NCBI GenBank assembly: GCA_021734945.1
Contig: JAIPIA010000002.1
Location: 258,829-322,828, forward strand
Source of the DNA: Minisyncoccota bacterium
GTDB lineage: Bacteria > Patescibacteriota > Minisyncoccia > Phycocordibacterales > CAIZLB01
Direction of reading: 5' to 3'
DNA: 64,000 bases
A program made the translations under genes and the position numbers. Positions 18,970 to 28,796 of this stretch are shown here, one piece after another; position 1 is the first letter of the stretch, and each line of letters starts with the position of its first letter. The notes beneath the pieces were generated by a model. It was given only the letters and a program-made list of their open reading frames with translations, was not told where the DNA came from and made no database searches.

Positions 18970-19308
18970 TCAAATCGCGCAAGGCATGTCTTCATCCTCG
19001 CATATTTGACCATAGTCAAAAGAAATAAAGATAAAAAGAACGGTAAAGACAATTGATAGACTGACCACAAATGGGTCAATCCAAAACTCTAAAATCAGAC
19101 CAATTAGATACAAGCCTGCAATTGAGAGTCTCCAGAGCATATGGTATCCGAGAAGGAATGAACCAATGTTTTGACTGATGATAGCGCGGGTAGTCATTGC
19201 ATCATGCTCAAGTTCGTCCTCTCCTCCAGCAAGAAGAGCAACGATATAGAATGTGATCCAAAGGCATGGGTACCAAGCGAAGAGGAAAAGGACGGACAAG
19301 ATGTTCAT
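18970..19308 (-). CDS. hypothetical small membrane protein
   Basis: 112-aa ORF with three to four hydrophobic helices in an otherwise gene-poor 680-bp region; weak support. Confidence 0.3.
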   Translation of the reverse strand: MNILSVLFLFAWYPCLWITFYIVALLAGGEDELEHDAMTTRAIISQNIGSFLLGYHMLWRLSIAGLYLIGLILEFWIDPFVVSLSIVFTVLFIFISFDYGQICEDEDMPCAI

Positions 19309-19480
19309 AAGGTTACAGAATTGGGTGGAAGGTGGATGGGTAGTGGAGATGAAGAGAGTGAAGAGTCTAACAATGATTGGCCGAGGAATTTATTTTTCAA
19401 GCAACACAAGATGTGTATCTGTCAGGATATTACATTTTCTTGTGAGAAAAGTAAAATTTCCTTCCATACGTATATTTAAA

Positions 19481-20497
19481 TTAGTTATACTGTAGCTCCC
19501 AAGGAAATCGCCCTTCCTCTAACAATGCCTTCAAATAAGGCTCGAGACGATATTTTGAATCAGTGTTATTTACCCTAAACCAATAACTTATCTTTGTTAT
19601 AGCTTCAACCACAAAAGCATCTTTCAATAAATCCATATCAACTTTTGACCCTGTCTGTTTTTCATAAGCACTCAAAATATCTTGTACATAAGTTGTAAGA
19701 ATAGACTGCGTATGTGCCGCCATAACCAACGTATGAGCTAAATCAACGACAGGTAAACAAAGTGCTGGATTTGGGTCTGTTATAACTTGCGGTGGTCCTG
19801 CAAATATATTATAAGAAGAAAAATCCATATGACCTAAGATAATATTAGTATCCTCATCTTGTTCTTTATCTATTATATTTTTAAAAGCTTTATCAATTCC
19901 AATAAACCAAACTTTTGGAAAAATATCCAACTCCTCGAGTTTGGTCAAACCTAGTTCCTTATAAAAATTTCTCTCTGTTGTCTCCGCGTGATTTGAAATA
20001 GAATCTTTTAAATCCTTTGGAATTTTTGTATCCTCTTTAAGTTGTCCAGAATGTAAATCTGCCTGCAATCTTCCTAATATTTCAGCTACTTCTCCTTCAC
20101 TATATAGACCATCTTTAGAAGACTCCTTAAGATTTTTACCATCAATGAATTCCATAATAAAGTATGAGAGGTCTCCTTCATTACCTACAACATAGACATT
20201 TGGAACTTTAGCACCAATACTTTTCCAATATTCAAAAACAGCTGCCTCTTTTGATGAACCATTTCCCCCTCTAATTTTTAAAACGAACTTATTATTTTTT
20301 TCAACAGCGTTAGTTATTTTTACAACTACAGATATTAAACCCTCATAAAAGTATTCAATCAGCACATCATCGCCCAAAAGATTTTTATTTTTATAACAAA
20401 CTGAAATAATTAAATCTTTTGAATTATTTCTCAATAAAATACTTTTCTCTGGGATTTTACTATCTATTCTTGGCTCATTAAGAAATGTAACGCTCAT
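19481..20497 (-). CDS. phosphotransferase-family kinase (APH/choline-kinase-like fold)
   Basis: ILGHMDFSSYNIF matches the HxDxxxxN catalytic loop. A Lys-containing beta-strand region and a DxxH-like region are present. Confidence 0.5.
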   Translation of the reverse strand: MSVTFLNEPRIDSKIPEKSILLRNNSKDLIISVCYKNKNLLGDDVLIEYFYEGLISVVVKITNAVEKNNKFVLKIRGGNGSSKEAAVFEYWKSIGAKVPNVYVVGNEGDLSYFIMEFIDGKNLKESSKDGLYSEGEVAEILGRLQADLHSGQLKEDTKIPKDLKDSISNHAETTERNFYKELGLTKLEELDIFPKVWFIGIDKAFKNIIDKEQDEDTNIILGHMDFSSYNIFAGPPQVITDPNPALCLPVVDLAHTLVMAAHTQSILTTYVQDILSAYEKQTGSKVDMDLLKDAFVVEAITKISYWFRVNNTDSKYRLEPYLKALLEEGRFPWELQYN

Positions 20498-20500
20498 TCC

Positions 20501-22417
20501 CTACAGTATATCAACAATTCTTAATCTGTACTCTGGATAATTTTTAAACATTGATTTTTCCATATGAACTATAAGATCAGCCAACTCTCCAATTTTAAGC
20601 TTCCCCTCTAGAGCCTTATCTTCCTTTGCAAAGAATTTTATAGCCTTCGTCTCATCACCACTGAGACCGTCCTGCAGACGAAGTTCGAGATGCTCCTTTG
20701 TCTTACCAAAATATTTTATATCCATCACTGTAATACCTTTCATCATAAAAAGTGGTTTTGGATTTGATTCACCATATGGACCAACCTTTTCTATAACATT
20801 CCAAACAGTTCGTCCCACCTCACCGGCATTCAAAACTTTATCAACGAGTATTTCACCAAGGACTGCAACGCCAACACCGTGTTCGCCATCAGTGCCGTTA
20901 ATACCTTTAATACCTGCGGCTTTATTCGCAACATCAATAGCCACTTTTGCATCTTCTACCGCTTTCAAAATGCCAGCATGAGCCTCCAAAATCTTTTCTT
21001 CAAATACATGAATCTTCTCACTTGATACAGAGTAACCACCCGCAGCAACGTGCCCTCCCATATTCAAAAACACACCGTCAGCTTCAGGAATTGCACGCAT
21101 TATTTTTACAACATCATGACCGTCTGGAGCACGACATGAACCTTTTATAACACCCTCCTCATCTCTCCCCCACAAAAACACAGGCTTACCATAATCACGC
21201 ACAATGTTAGTTGCAACAAGTCCGAGCACTGGTGGTTGCCAATCAGGATTACCAACTACGATTATCGGCTTATGTTGCAAGTCACGTTCCTCAATGCTTT
21301 TCTTAATAGCTTTCACAAGATGTGCTACACGAGTTTTTCGTTCTGTATTTAAATTATTGAGATGTTCGACTAGTCGATCTGCCTCAGCATCATCAGTAGT
21401 CGCCAACAGATGAAATGCATCCATAGGACTAGCCATTCTCGATGCAGCATTTATACGCGGTGTAATCATGAAAGCTATATCCTCTTCAGTCATATGCGCC
21501 GGATTCATTTTCAGAGATTTGAAAAGTTTGATGAGACCAAGACGCGGAGTCTTCCGCAAAACTGTGAGGCCAAAATATGCAAAGATGCGATTCTCACCTC
21601 GAAGCGGCACCATGTCAGAAAGAGTTGCAAGACCAACCATATCGAGCAGCCATTTTTCCCAACCTTCTTTTATTTCTATATCTTTAAAATATGCAGCAAT
21701 CGCGTTTGAAACAGCGTCATCGTTAAAATTGCTAAAATCCTTTTCGCGAATAGTCTGACACAAAGCCTGCACTACTTTATATATCACCCCTGAGCCACAA
21801 AGCATTTTTTCTGGATATTCGCAGTCTATTTGTTTTGGATTAATAATCGCAAAAGCATCAGGTAAAATAGCACCGGGTGTGTGGTGATCTGTGATGATGA
21901 GGTCTATTGAATCAACCGCCTTTGTCGAATCACCCTCTTGCGTCTTAGTTGAGTTTTCGCCGAAAATCTCTTGAGCTTTCTGAGTCTTCACCCACGCTGC
22001 ATTATCAATCTCAGCAATACCACAATCTATAGAAATAATAAGCGTCGCGCCTTGAGCGATGATTTTCTCGAGCGCCGGCCGGTGAATTCCAAAGCCCTCG
22101 ATATGTCGATCAGGAATATAGTGAAATGTATTTACATATGAAATTTTCTTAAAAAAATCATGAAGAACTACAGCTCCCGGAATACCATCAGCATCGAAAT
22201 CACTGTATATACAAATCTTCTCGTCAGTAGATACGGCACGCAAAATTCGCTCAACAACTTTTTTCATATCTTTTAGAAGGAATGGATCGTGAGTACCAAG
22301 GTCGTAGTTTGGACTCAAGAAAGCTGTTTTCTCAGTTGGGTCTGTAACACCACGAGAATGAAGTAAGTGATCAAGAAATGAGTCGCCCTGAAATGGCCGG
22401 AGTTTGTAGGTGGGCAT
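20501..22417 (-). CDS. recJ: single-stranded-DNA-specific exonuclease RecJ (DHH/DHHA1)
   Basis: DFDADGIPGA (DHH motif I), ITDHH, GLATLSDMVPL and GGHVAAGG (DHHA1) motifs. Confidence 0.8.
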   Translation of the reverse strand: MPTYKLRPFQGDSFLDHLLHSRGVTDPTEKTAFLSPNYDLGTHDPFLLKDMKKVVERILRAVSTDEKICIYSDFDADGIPGAVVLHDFFKKISYVNTFHYIPDRHIEGFGIHRPALEKIIAQGATLIISIDCGIAEIDNAAWVKTQKAQEIFGENSTKTQEGDSTKAVDSIDLIITDHHTPGAILPDAFAIINPKQIDCEYPEKMLCGSGVIYKVVQALCQTIREKDFSNFNDDAVSNAIAAYFKDIEIKEGWEKWLLDMVGLATLSDMVPLRGENRIFAYFGLTVLRKTPRLGLIKLFKSLKMNPAHMTEEDIAFMITPRINAASRMASPMDAFHLLATTDDAEADRLVEHLNNLNTERKTRVAHLVKAIKKSIEERDLQHKPIIVVGNPDWQPPVLGLVATNIVRDYGKPVFLWGRDEEGVIKGSCRAPDGHDVVKIMRAIPEADGVFLNMGGHVAAGGYSVSSEKIHVFEEKILEAHAGILKAVEDAKVAIDVANKAAGIKGINGTDGEHGVGVAVLGEILVDKVLNAGEVGRTVWNVIEKVGPYGESNPKPLFMMKGITVMDIKYFGKTKEHLELRLQDGLSGDETKAIKFFAKEDKALEGKLKIGELADLIVHMEKSMFKNYPEYRLRIVDIL

Positions 22418-22473
22418 GATTTATAAAGTGTAACAGAAAACAAAAAAACCTTCTCCTTTCTAACTTTCCAATT

Positions 22474-22941
22474 TTGTCATACAATACCCAACATATGACA
22501 CACTCAACAAACACAGACCAAGAAAACTGCATTTTTTGTAAAATAGTAGCTGGCGAAATTGCTGCGAGCAAAGTGTATGAAGACGACGAAACTATTGCCT
22601 TCTTAGATATTCAGCCTGTAAACCCTGGGCACACTCTTGTTATTCCAAAGGATCATTTTGAAAATATATATACAACTCCAGTAATGACATGGATGCGAGT
22701 ACAGATGACGGCCCAAAAAGTGGCTCTTGCTGTAAAACACGCAACTGATGCTGATGGAGTGAATATCTATATGAACAACGAAGCGGCAGCTGGGCAAGTT
22801 GTTCCCCACACTCATGTTCATATTATTCCTAGATACAATGACGATAATCTCACACTTTGGCACGGAACTGCATATAAAGACCCTGAGGAGATGGAATCAT
22901 TTGCTGATAAAATTTCGACAGAGCTCAAAACGGAGAATTAA
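22474..22941 (+). CDS. HIT-family (histidine triad) protein
   Basis: CIFCKIVAGEI...HTHVHIIPR is the HxHxHxx triad. Confidence 0.8.
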   Translation: MSYNTQHMTHSTNTDQENCIFCKIVAGEIAASKVYEDDETIAFLDIQPVNPGHTLVIPKDHFENIYTTPVMTWMRVQMTAQKVALAVKHATDADGVNIYMNNEAAAGQVVPHTHVHIIPRYNDDNLTLWHGTAYKDPEEMESFADKISTELKTEN

Positions 22942-22964
22942 AAAGGACTTCGGGTACTCAAACA

Positions 22965-23000
22965 AAAAAGACCACCAGTTGTGAGACTAGTGGTTTTTTT
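22965..23000. terminator. bidirectional terminator between HIT gene and pgk
   Basis: Hairpin accaccagttgtgagactagtggt plus a T-run. Confidence 0.45.
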
Positions 23001-23007
23001 ATTTTAT

Positions 23008-24264
23008 TCAATTTTTCAAAGCCTCAACTCCCGGCAATGTTTCATTCAACAAGTATTCAAGCATTGCACCTCCACCAGTTGAAATGAACATTGCACTCAC
23101 ACCACTATTCATCGAAGATTCTTCACTTGAATTTTCCTTATCATCAAGATCGAGTTCTGCCATGGCAGCAGTAGTATCACCTCCACCAAGTACAGCTTCC
23201 ACTCCTCTCTCACACACACTAGTAACAAGTTTGGCCATTGCAATAGTCTGGTCCTTGAAACCTTTTTCATAATTACCCATTGGGCCGTTCCACAGAATAA
23301 ACTTTGCATCTTTAAGAACATCCGCGAGTTTCCCGTTCATAGAAGGACCTACATCCATGATTGCATCTTCATCACCAATTTCTGTTATTAATTTTACAGA
23401 TGTTCCAATAGCGCCAGTAACATCACCCTCGATAGGACCAGCTACAACCACATCATCTGGAATAATAAGCTTTGGATTTGAAATAATAGGGGCGAAATCG
23501 ATTTTTGTACCAGATGCATCCATACCACTTGAAACAAGTGATTTACCAACGTTATAACCTTTTGCCTTTAATATGTCATTGAGAAGAGCGCCACCTAGCA
23601 AAATAGAATCTGCTTGTGCAAACTTTTGAATAAGAGGAAGTTTTGTTTCGAACTTTGCACCACCAAGAATAAATACAAATGGATGAGGTGCGTCAAAAGT
23701 TATTTTCAAGTGATCCAATTCACTCATCAACTGAACACCTGCAAATCGTGCATTTGGAAAAAGAGAAGGAAGACTTACAACTGAAGCGTGAGCTCGATGA
23801 GATACAGCAAAGGCATCATTCACATATATATCAGCATAAGATGCAAGCAGCTTTGCAAACTCAATATCATTATTTTTCTCTCGTGAATCTATTCGAAGGT
23901 TTTCAAACATCGCAATCTCTCCATCTTTCATATTAGCCATAATATTAGGCATATTTTCAGATTGAAAATCACTTACAAACATAACAACTCCGCACTCTTT
24001 TGCGTATGTTTCATTCATGTATTCGCACACTGGTTTTAGCCCTGTACCATCCTTACTTTCAATATGAGAGATGAGAATGATTTTTGCACCAGCATTTCGC
24101 AAGTAAGAAATAGTTGGAAGTGTCTTTCTAATTCGTAAATCATCGAGAATTTTTCCTCCAAAAACCTGGATATTAAAATCGCATCGAACTATTACTCTTT
24201 TTCCTTTCAATTCTGAGCTTTGGACACTTGTAATTGATTTAACCATCGTTGTTATTTCACTCAT
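23008..24264 (-). CDS. pgk: phosphoglycerate kinase
   Basis: KGKRVIVRCDFN...GAKIILISH N-terminal motifs and a PGK-like length. Confidence 0.85.
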   Translation of the reverse strand: MSEITTMVKSITSVQSSELKGKRVIVRCDFNIQVFGGKILDDLRIRKTLPTISYLRNAGAKIILISHIESKDGTGLKPVCEYMNETYAKECGVVMFVSDFQSENMPNIMANMKDGEIAMFENLRIDSREKNNDIEFAKLLASYADIYVNDAFAVSHRAHASVVSLPSLFPNARFAGVQLMSELDHLKITFDAPHPFVFILGGAKFETKLPLIQKFAQADSILLGGALLNDILKAKGYNVGKSLVSSGMDASGTKIDFAPIISNPKLIIPDDVVVAGPIEGDVTGAIGTSVKLITEIGDEDAIMDVGPSMNGKLADVLKDAKFILWNGPMGNYEKGFKDQTIAMAKLVTSVCERGVEAVLGGGDTTAAMAELDLDDKENSSEESSMNSGVSAMFISTGGGAMLEYLLNETLPGVEALKN

Positions 24265-24335
24265 GTTATTTATGTAATTGTATAAATTATTTACCCTTAT
24301 ACTTTATGATTTAGACTACTCCATCCTGTGTAATT

Positions 24336-25262
24336 CTATCTTCGCGTTCTAGAATTCTTACTCTCTTTAGCTTTTTTTAATGTTTTCTTGAGTTCCTTTG
24401 TGTTATGTGTTTTTTCAGCCTTATTTATTGCATAAAAAATATCTTTAAAACTTGGAGCTGTGAAACTTGCTCTACCAATAAGGAGCCCATCCACTTCTCC
24501 ATTAAGCAAGATATCTTCTGCATTTTCACTTGTAACAGACCCACCATACAAGACTTTTGTCATAGAAGAAATCGTCTCACCCCAAGTCTCTTTCAAAAAT
24601 TTCTTTATATACACAACCATTTGATGTAAGTCATATGAAGTAATAGCTACATTGTTTTTGTTTCCTATTGCCCACACTGGTTCATATGCAATCACCACTT
24701 TATGAAAATCCGCCCGTGACACATGGACTAGAGCTTCTTTAAGTTGAGCCTTAATAACCTCAAGATAGCCAGCATCAGCGTCTCGCTCTTTTTCTCCTAC
24801 GCATAATATAACCTGCGCATGAGTTCGAAGCACCTGCTGAATCTTCAAAGCAATAGTCTGTCCAGTATCACCAAGCACTCGTCTTTCTGAATGACCAACT
24901 ATTACATATTCTGCACCAGAACTTGTAACCATCTTTACTCCGACCTCTCCTGTGCGCGAACCACCTTCCTCATATATAGACACATCCTGTGCTCCAATAC
25001 TTACAAATCCCGCTTTTTTAGGCTTCTCTGATGCAACCAAAGAAAGAGTACCCAGTGCACGTGCTCCAGTAAGAAAGCTTTTTCCAAATGAGAGTTCTGC
25101 TAGTGGTGCGATATAAGGGAAAGGAGGACAAATAACCACATCAAGATCTTTGTATGAGAGAGCTGCTTTTTTGATTTCTAAAAAATTCTTTCTTGCTTCG
25201 CCGAGAGTAGCCGGATTCATTTTCCAGTTACCTACGAGTAGTGGTTTTTTATTTTTTTTCAT
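24336..25262 (-). CDS. tpiA: triosephosphate isomerase (with internal insertion)
   Basis: GNWKMN, GAQDVS and GHSERR motifs. Confidence 0.85.
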   Translation of the reverse strand: MKKNKKPLLVGNWKMNPATLGEARKNFLEIKKAALSYKDLDVVICPPFPYIAPLAELSFGKSFLTGARALGTLSLVASEKPKKAGFVSIGAQDVSIYEEGGSRTGEVGVKMVTSSGAEYVIVGHSERRVLGDTGQTIALKIQQVLRTHAQVILCVGEKERDADAGYLEVIKAQLKEALVHVSRADFHKVVIAYEPVWAIGNKNNVAITSYDLHQMVVYIKKFLKETWGETISSMTKVLYGGSVTSENAEDILLNGEVDGLLIGRASFTAPSFKDIFYAINKAEKTHNTKELKKTLKKAKESKNSRTRR

Positions 25263-25386
25263 TTGATTTTGCGAAATTATATGAGCCCTAAGCGAATACC
25301 TTGGGTCCGCGCAACCGTCTTTTTAGCGCGGAGGTATCTCCTTTTGATTATAGCAAACAAGAGACTATCCACAGCTATTCACAAAA

Positions 25387-27204
25387 TCAAAAACTTATTT
25401 CCTTCCATGTATCAGTAATCCACGATGTTGAGCCTCCACCAGAAGTAGAGTCATCATAACTTATTGTAGATAAAGCACTATTATAATTTACTCTTACATT
25501 ACCACTAAGATCAATTGCATATGCAATAAGCGCGTTTGCGCGAGCACTTCCTTCAAATTTTATCTTTCCATTTGGAGCAAAAACAACTACAGCGTCAGAA
25601 TTACCGCTTAGGGCTACTGCTGGGTTTGTACAAGTTGTCGAAATACCACCACAACCACTTGTAGTTACAACTGTTATATAACTTCCTGTCGTACCACTAC
25701 CTGACAACGAAGCTGAACTTGTTATTTGTACTGTTCCGTCTGCAACAATAACTCCTGACCTCGAACCATAAGATGAGGCAAGAGAAAGGTCACCTACACC
25801 TTCAATCACCACGTTACCTGTGACATATATTGTTCCAGTCACAGACATTCTTCCTGAGGCTGATACTTTTAAATTACCATTTATTTTTAATGGACCTGTC
25901 GTAGTTGCAGTCACACCTTCAATGGTTAAATTTCCATTATAAACACCACCGTTTGTAGCCTCAGTTTTCCAATTACTAATGTTTGTATCAGAATACGGAT
26001 AAGTTATTGCATTAGGAGTAGAAGACGAAGCATTACAATCTTTATTATTACCTGTTCCTGACTCGCAATATAGTGTTCCAGAAATTGTAGAATTATTTAT
26101 TATATCTCCATACGCACTGCCGTTGACCACAACCCCACTTATCTTACTTGGGTCACCCAAATAGATCTGAAAATATGCATCAGAATTTGATAAAGGACTC
26201 GACCAAGTTCCACCATACACACCTGATTTTGATGTGCCTGGGTACGAAGAAGATGTATTCATTGCAATAGAGTAATTTTTTGAAGATGAGTTTGAACCTG
26301 CATCAAAAACAATCCAATATGTAGTACCTGGTGTGAATGATATTTTTGTATTAAAAGTGATTGGAATCCAATAATATGAGCTCGAGACCTGTGTCTTATT
26401 CAAAGTAGCCTGTGCAATATATGACGAACTTGGACTTGAGCCTGAATTAGTTGTTATATATACATTAACATTGCCTGGAGAACCTGTTTTTTTGATATAT
26501 ACAGCAATATTTGAAAGTTCTGTAGTAGTAGAAACAGTAAAGCTCTGAGCGAAGTCTTGAGTTGAAGCAGACTTTCCAAAAATAACATTTGATGGAGGAG
26601 GATACACACCTTCGTTTGAAGCATCTACAACCTGAGGAGAAACAGAAGCAACTACAACATTACCATTTATCGTCGAAACACCAGATCCAATAATGTCACT
26701 ATTTGCAATTACATTACCATTTATTGTAGGGCTTCCCTCCATTCTTATACCACCTATACCAACCTGTGTACCATAATTTAGAGCAAAACCACCTTGCCCT
26801 TGAGTAAAAAGACTTTGAGATAGTCTTGTAAATAGTCCAGAAACACCAGTAGCAAGGACTTGTTTTTTTGAACCAACATCTGAGATAAGAGCTGTCGACG
26901 TTGCATCATTGAACGAGAGAACAATACTAGAAGGGAGTGTTTTACCCTTATTTAATCTGTATAAAGCTTCTTCGTTTAAAACATCTGCGGAAATATAACT
27001 TTGCTTTGATTGTAAAAAGTCTGCTGCTGATCGGACCTGTATTGCTACTGGAGTCGCTATACCAACAAGCACTGTAATTGAAATCGTCAGAAATAATAAA
27101 AGTGCACCTATAATAACCTGCCCACTTTGATGACTTCTATAATGGTCTCTACTGCGTGTACGTTTGTTTTGTGAGAATTTTTTGGAAGTATTTTTTTTAT
27201 TCAT
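25387..27204 (-). CDS. large membrane-anchored Ser/Thr/Asn/Gly-rich protein with beta-helix-like GN(V/L) repeats; candidate pilus-associated adhesin
   Basis: Basic N-terminus plus a single TM helix, then a low-complexity repeat-rich ectodomain. It is the last gene of the pilB-pilC-pilin operon. Confidence 0.35.
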   Translation of the reverse strand: MNKKNTSKKFSQNKRTRSRDHYRSHQSGQVIIGALLLFLTISITVLVGIATPVAIQVRSAADFLQSKQSYISADVLNEEALYRLNKGKTLPSSIVLSFNDATSTALISDVGSKKQVLATGVSGLFTRLSQSLFTQGQGGFALNYGTQVGIGGIRMEGSPTINGNVIANSDIIGSGVSTINGNVVVASVSPQVVDASNEGVYPPPSNVIFGKSASTQDFAQSFTVSTTTELSNIAVYIKKTGSPGNVNVYITTNSGSSPSSSYIAQATLNKTQVSSSYYWIPITFNTKISFTPGTTYWIVFDAGSNSSSKNYSIAMNTSSSYPGTSKSGVYGGTWSSPLSNSDAYFQIYLGDPSKISGVVVNGSAYGDIINNSTISGTLYCESGTGNNKDCNASSSTPNAITYPYSDTNISNWKTEATNGGVYNGNLTIEGVTATTTGPLKINGNLKVSASGRMSVTGTIYVTGNVVIEGVGDLSLASSYGSRSGVIVADGTVQITSSASLSGSGTTGSYITVVTTSGCGGISTTCTNPAVALSGNSDAVVVFAPNGKIKFEGSARANALIAYAIDLSGNVRVNYNSALSTISYDDSTSGGGSTSWITDTWKEISF

Positions 27205-27262
27205 AATCTAAACACTATTGTATCAAAAAATAATTAATACCGTGTAAAGTTATGCTGTATAA

Positions 27263-27784
27263 CTAAGGGCGAAAATCGTAAGAACCTCTAAGAATTGCAG
27301 ATCCATAAAAAGAACGGGACATAAAGTTTGGTGTTGACGATCCACTATTTATTGTAAAATCAACTTTCAATAGTACTGAACTCGTAGCAAACTGAACATT
27401 ATACACAGGATATCGACTAAAAATCATGGATTCAACGACCACACTTGAATCTGTCAGTGGAGAACTATCACTATCATCTGTTATAAAAACTCTTCCGTTT
27501 TGTACATAGAATACTAGCGATGGATTTGTCGAACTACCTGTCTGAAGAGTAACACTTCCATTTTGTACATCAAATGCACCTGCACTAATACCTGTTGAGC
27601 GTTTTGCTTCTCTCATTATTCTATCCATAAGGGTAATAGCTGACGACTCAACTTTTCGGGCTGTACTCACAGTTCTATATGCATCAGTCAAAATAAGCAT
27701 CGAATTCACAATTCCTACAAGCAAGACAGCGAGCAATCCTACATATACGAGCAGTTCGACTAAGGTAAAGCCTCTTTTTTTCAT
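27263..27784 (-). CDS. type IV pilin / pseudopilin (prepilin-type N-terminal methylation domain)
   Basis: MKKRGFTLVELLVYVGLLAV is a class III signal peptide with the GFTLxE motif. Confidence 0.7.
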   Translation of the reverse strand: MKKRGFTLVELLVYVGLLAVLLVGIVNSMLILTDAYRTVSTARKVESSAITLMDRIMREAKRSTGISAGAFDVQNGSVTLQTGSSTNPSLVFYVQNGRVFITDDSDSSPLTDSSVVVESMIFSRYPVYNVQFATSSVLLKVDFTINSGSSTPNFMSRSFYGSAILRGSYDFRP

Positions 27785-27788
27785 AAGA

Positions 27789-28331
27789 TTAGCGATTATA
27801 CGTGTTATATAAATACATCACGATCGACTTCGATGATGTTGATGTCTTATCAAACCAAGACGTTGTAATGGTTGCCTTACGAGTTCCAGTATCAAGAGTT
27901 CCTCCAGAAGAAACAATATTATATGTTGTTGCGTCTCTGTTAACTGAAGCTAGAACAATAGATCTATCAAATTGGTCATCGATGAGATTCTGCGTAGTAG
28001 TAGCTCTCCAACCGTATGTACTCGTACTGTAATCCCAATAAAGCCAGTATGTCGTCCCATTTACCAAAGGGCCTATATTTGTATTCCAACTCACATCTCT
28101 CATAAAACGAAGTGCTTCTGCTCCTTCATCTAACAACATTCCAGCTTGTACCTTTGAAGTATTTCGAAGAGATATAGATGTAAGACCACTGTAGACACCT
28201 AATATAGAAATAACAGAGGTCATTATAATTGCAGATGCAACTAGAACCTCCACAACACTCACGCCTTGTATCTTGTGCGTTTTATTTTTTTTAAAATTTA
28301 TTTTATAAAAATTCATAATACTAATTAACAT
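27789..28331 (-). CDS. type IV pilin-like protein
   Basis: QGVSVVEVLVASAII is a prepilin-like N-terminus; part of the pilin operon. Confidence 0.5.
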   Translation of the reverse strand: MLISIMNFYKINFKKNKTHKIQGVSVVEVLVASAIIMTSVISILGVYSGLTSISLRNTSKVQAGMLLDEGAEALRFMRDVSWNTNIGPLVNGTTYWLYWDYSTSTYGWRATTTQNLIDDQFDRSIVLASVNRDATTYNIVSSGGTLDTGTRKATITTSWFDKTSTSSKSIVMYLYNTYNR

Positions 28332-28342
28332 TGTACACCGTA

Positions 28343-28795
28343 CTAGTTAATTTCTGCCAGCCCAGTTTTGTACAAGATGATTGTACTAGATGCATTAATG
28401 TTTTGTTTTAATCTAAAACTAATTGTTCCAGTTGCACTCGACTTTCCAGTAATAAATTCAAAAGATGCTTGTTGAGTATTTCCTGATAAATTAATTGCTG
28501 AAATCTCAACTTTTGGTGAAAAATCAAATTTTATGTTTGATACAGAATTCGAACTATAGGTAGTACCTTGAAAAAGGGTGACTGACGATGAGGCAAATTT
28601 AATACTATATCGACTATTGTTTTGAGCATTTACTGTTTGGATACGAGCCTTCTCTATGAGTGCAACAACATAATTTACATCCTTATTTAAAGCCTGATTA
28701 TTGGCAACATTATAAAAGGTAGACAGAGAAATGGAAGTCAAAATAAGTACGATAGCAACAACAACAGTGAGTTCAAGTAAACTAAAACCTTTCAT
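28343..28795 (-). CDS. type IV pilin / pseudopilin
   Basis: MKGFSLLELTVVVAIVLIL is a prepilin signal. Confidence 0.7.
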   Translation of the reverse strand: MKGFSLLELTVVVAIVLILTSISLSTFYNVANNQALNKDVNYVVALIEKARIQTVNAQNNSRYSIKFASSSVTLFQGTTYSSNSVSNIKFDFSPKVEISAINLSGNTQQASFEFITGKSSATGTISFRLKQNINASSTIILYKTGLAEIN

Positions 28796-28796
28796 A

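Noticed and set aside
22371-22571. 66-aa minus-strand ORF spanning the recJ/HIT intergenic region
   Set aside because: It overlaps the starts of both flanking genes and has no support.
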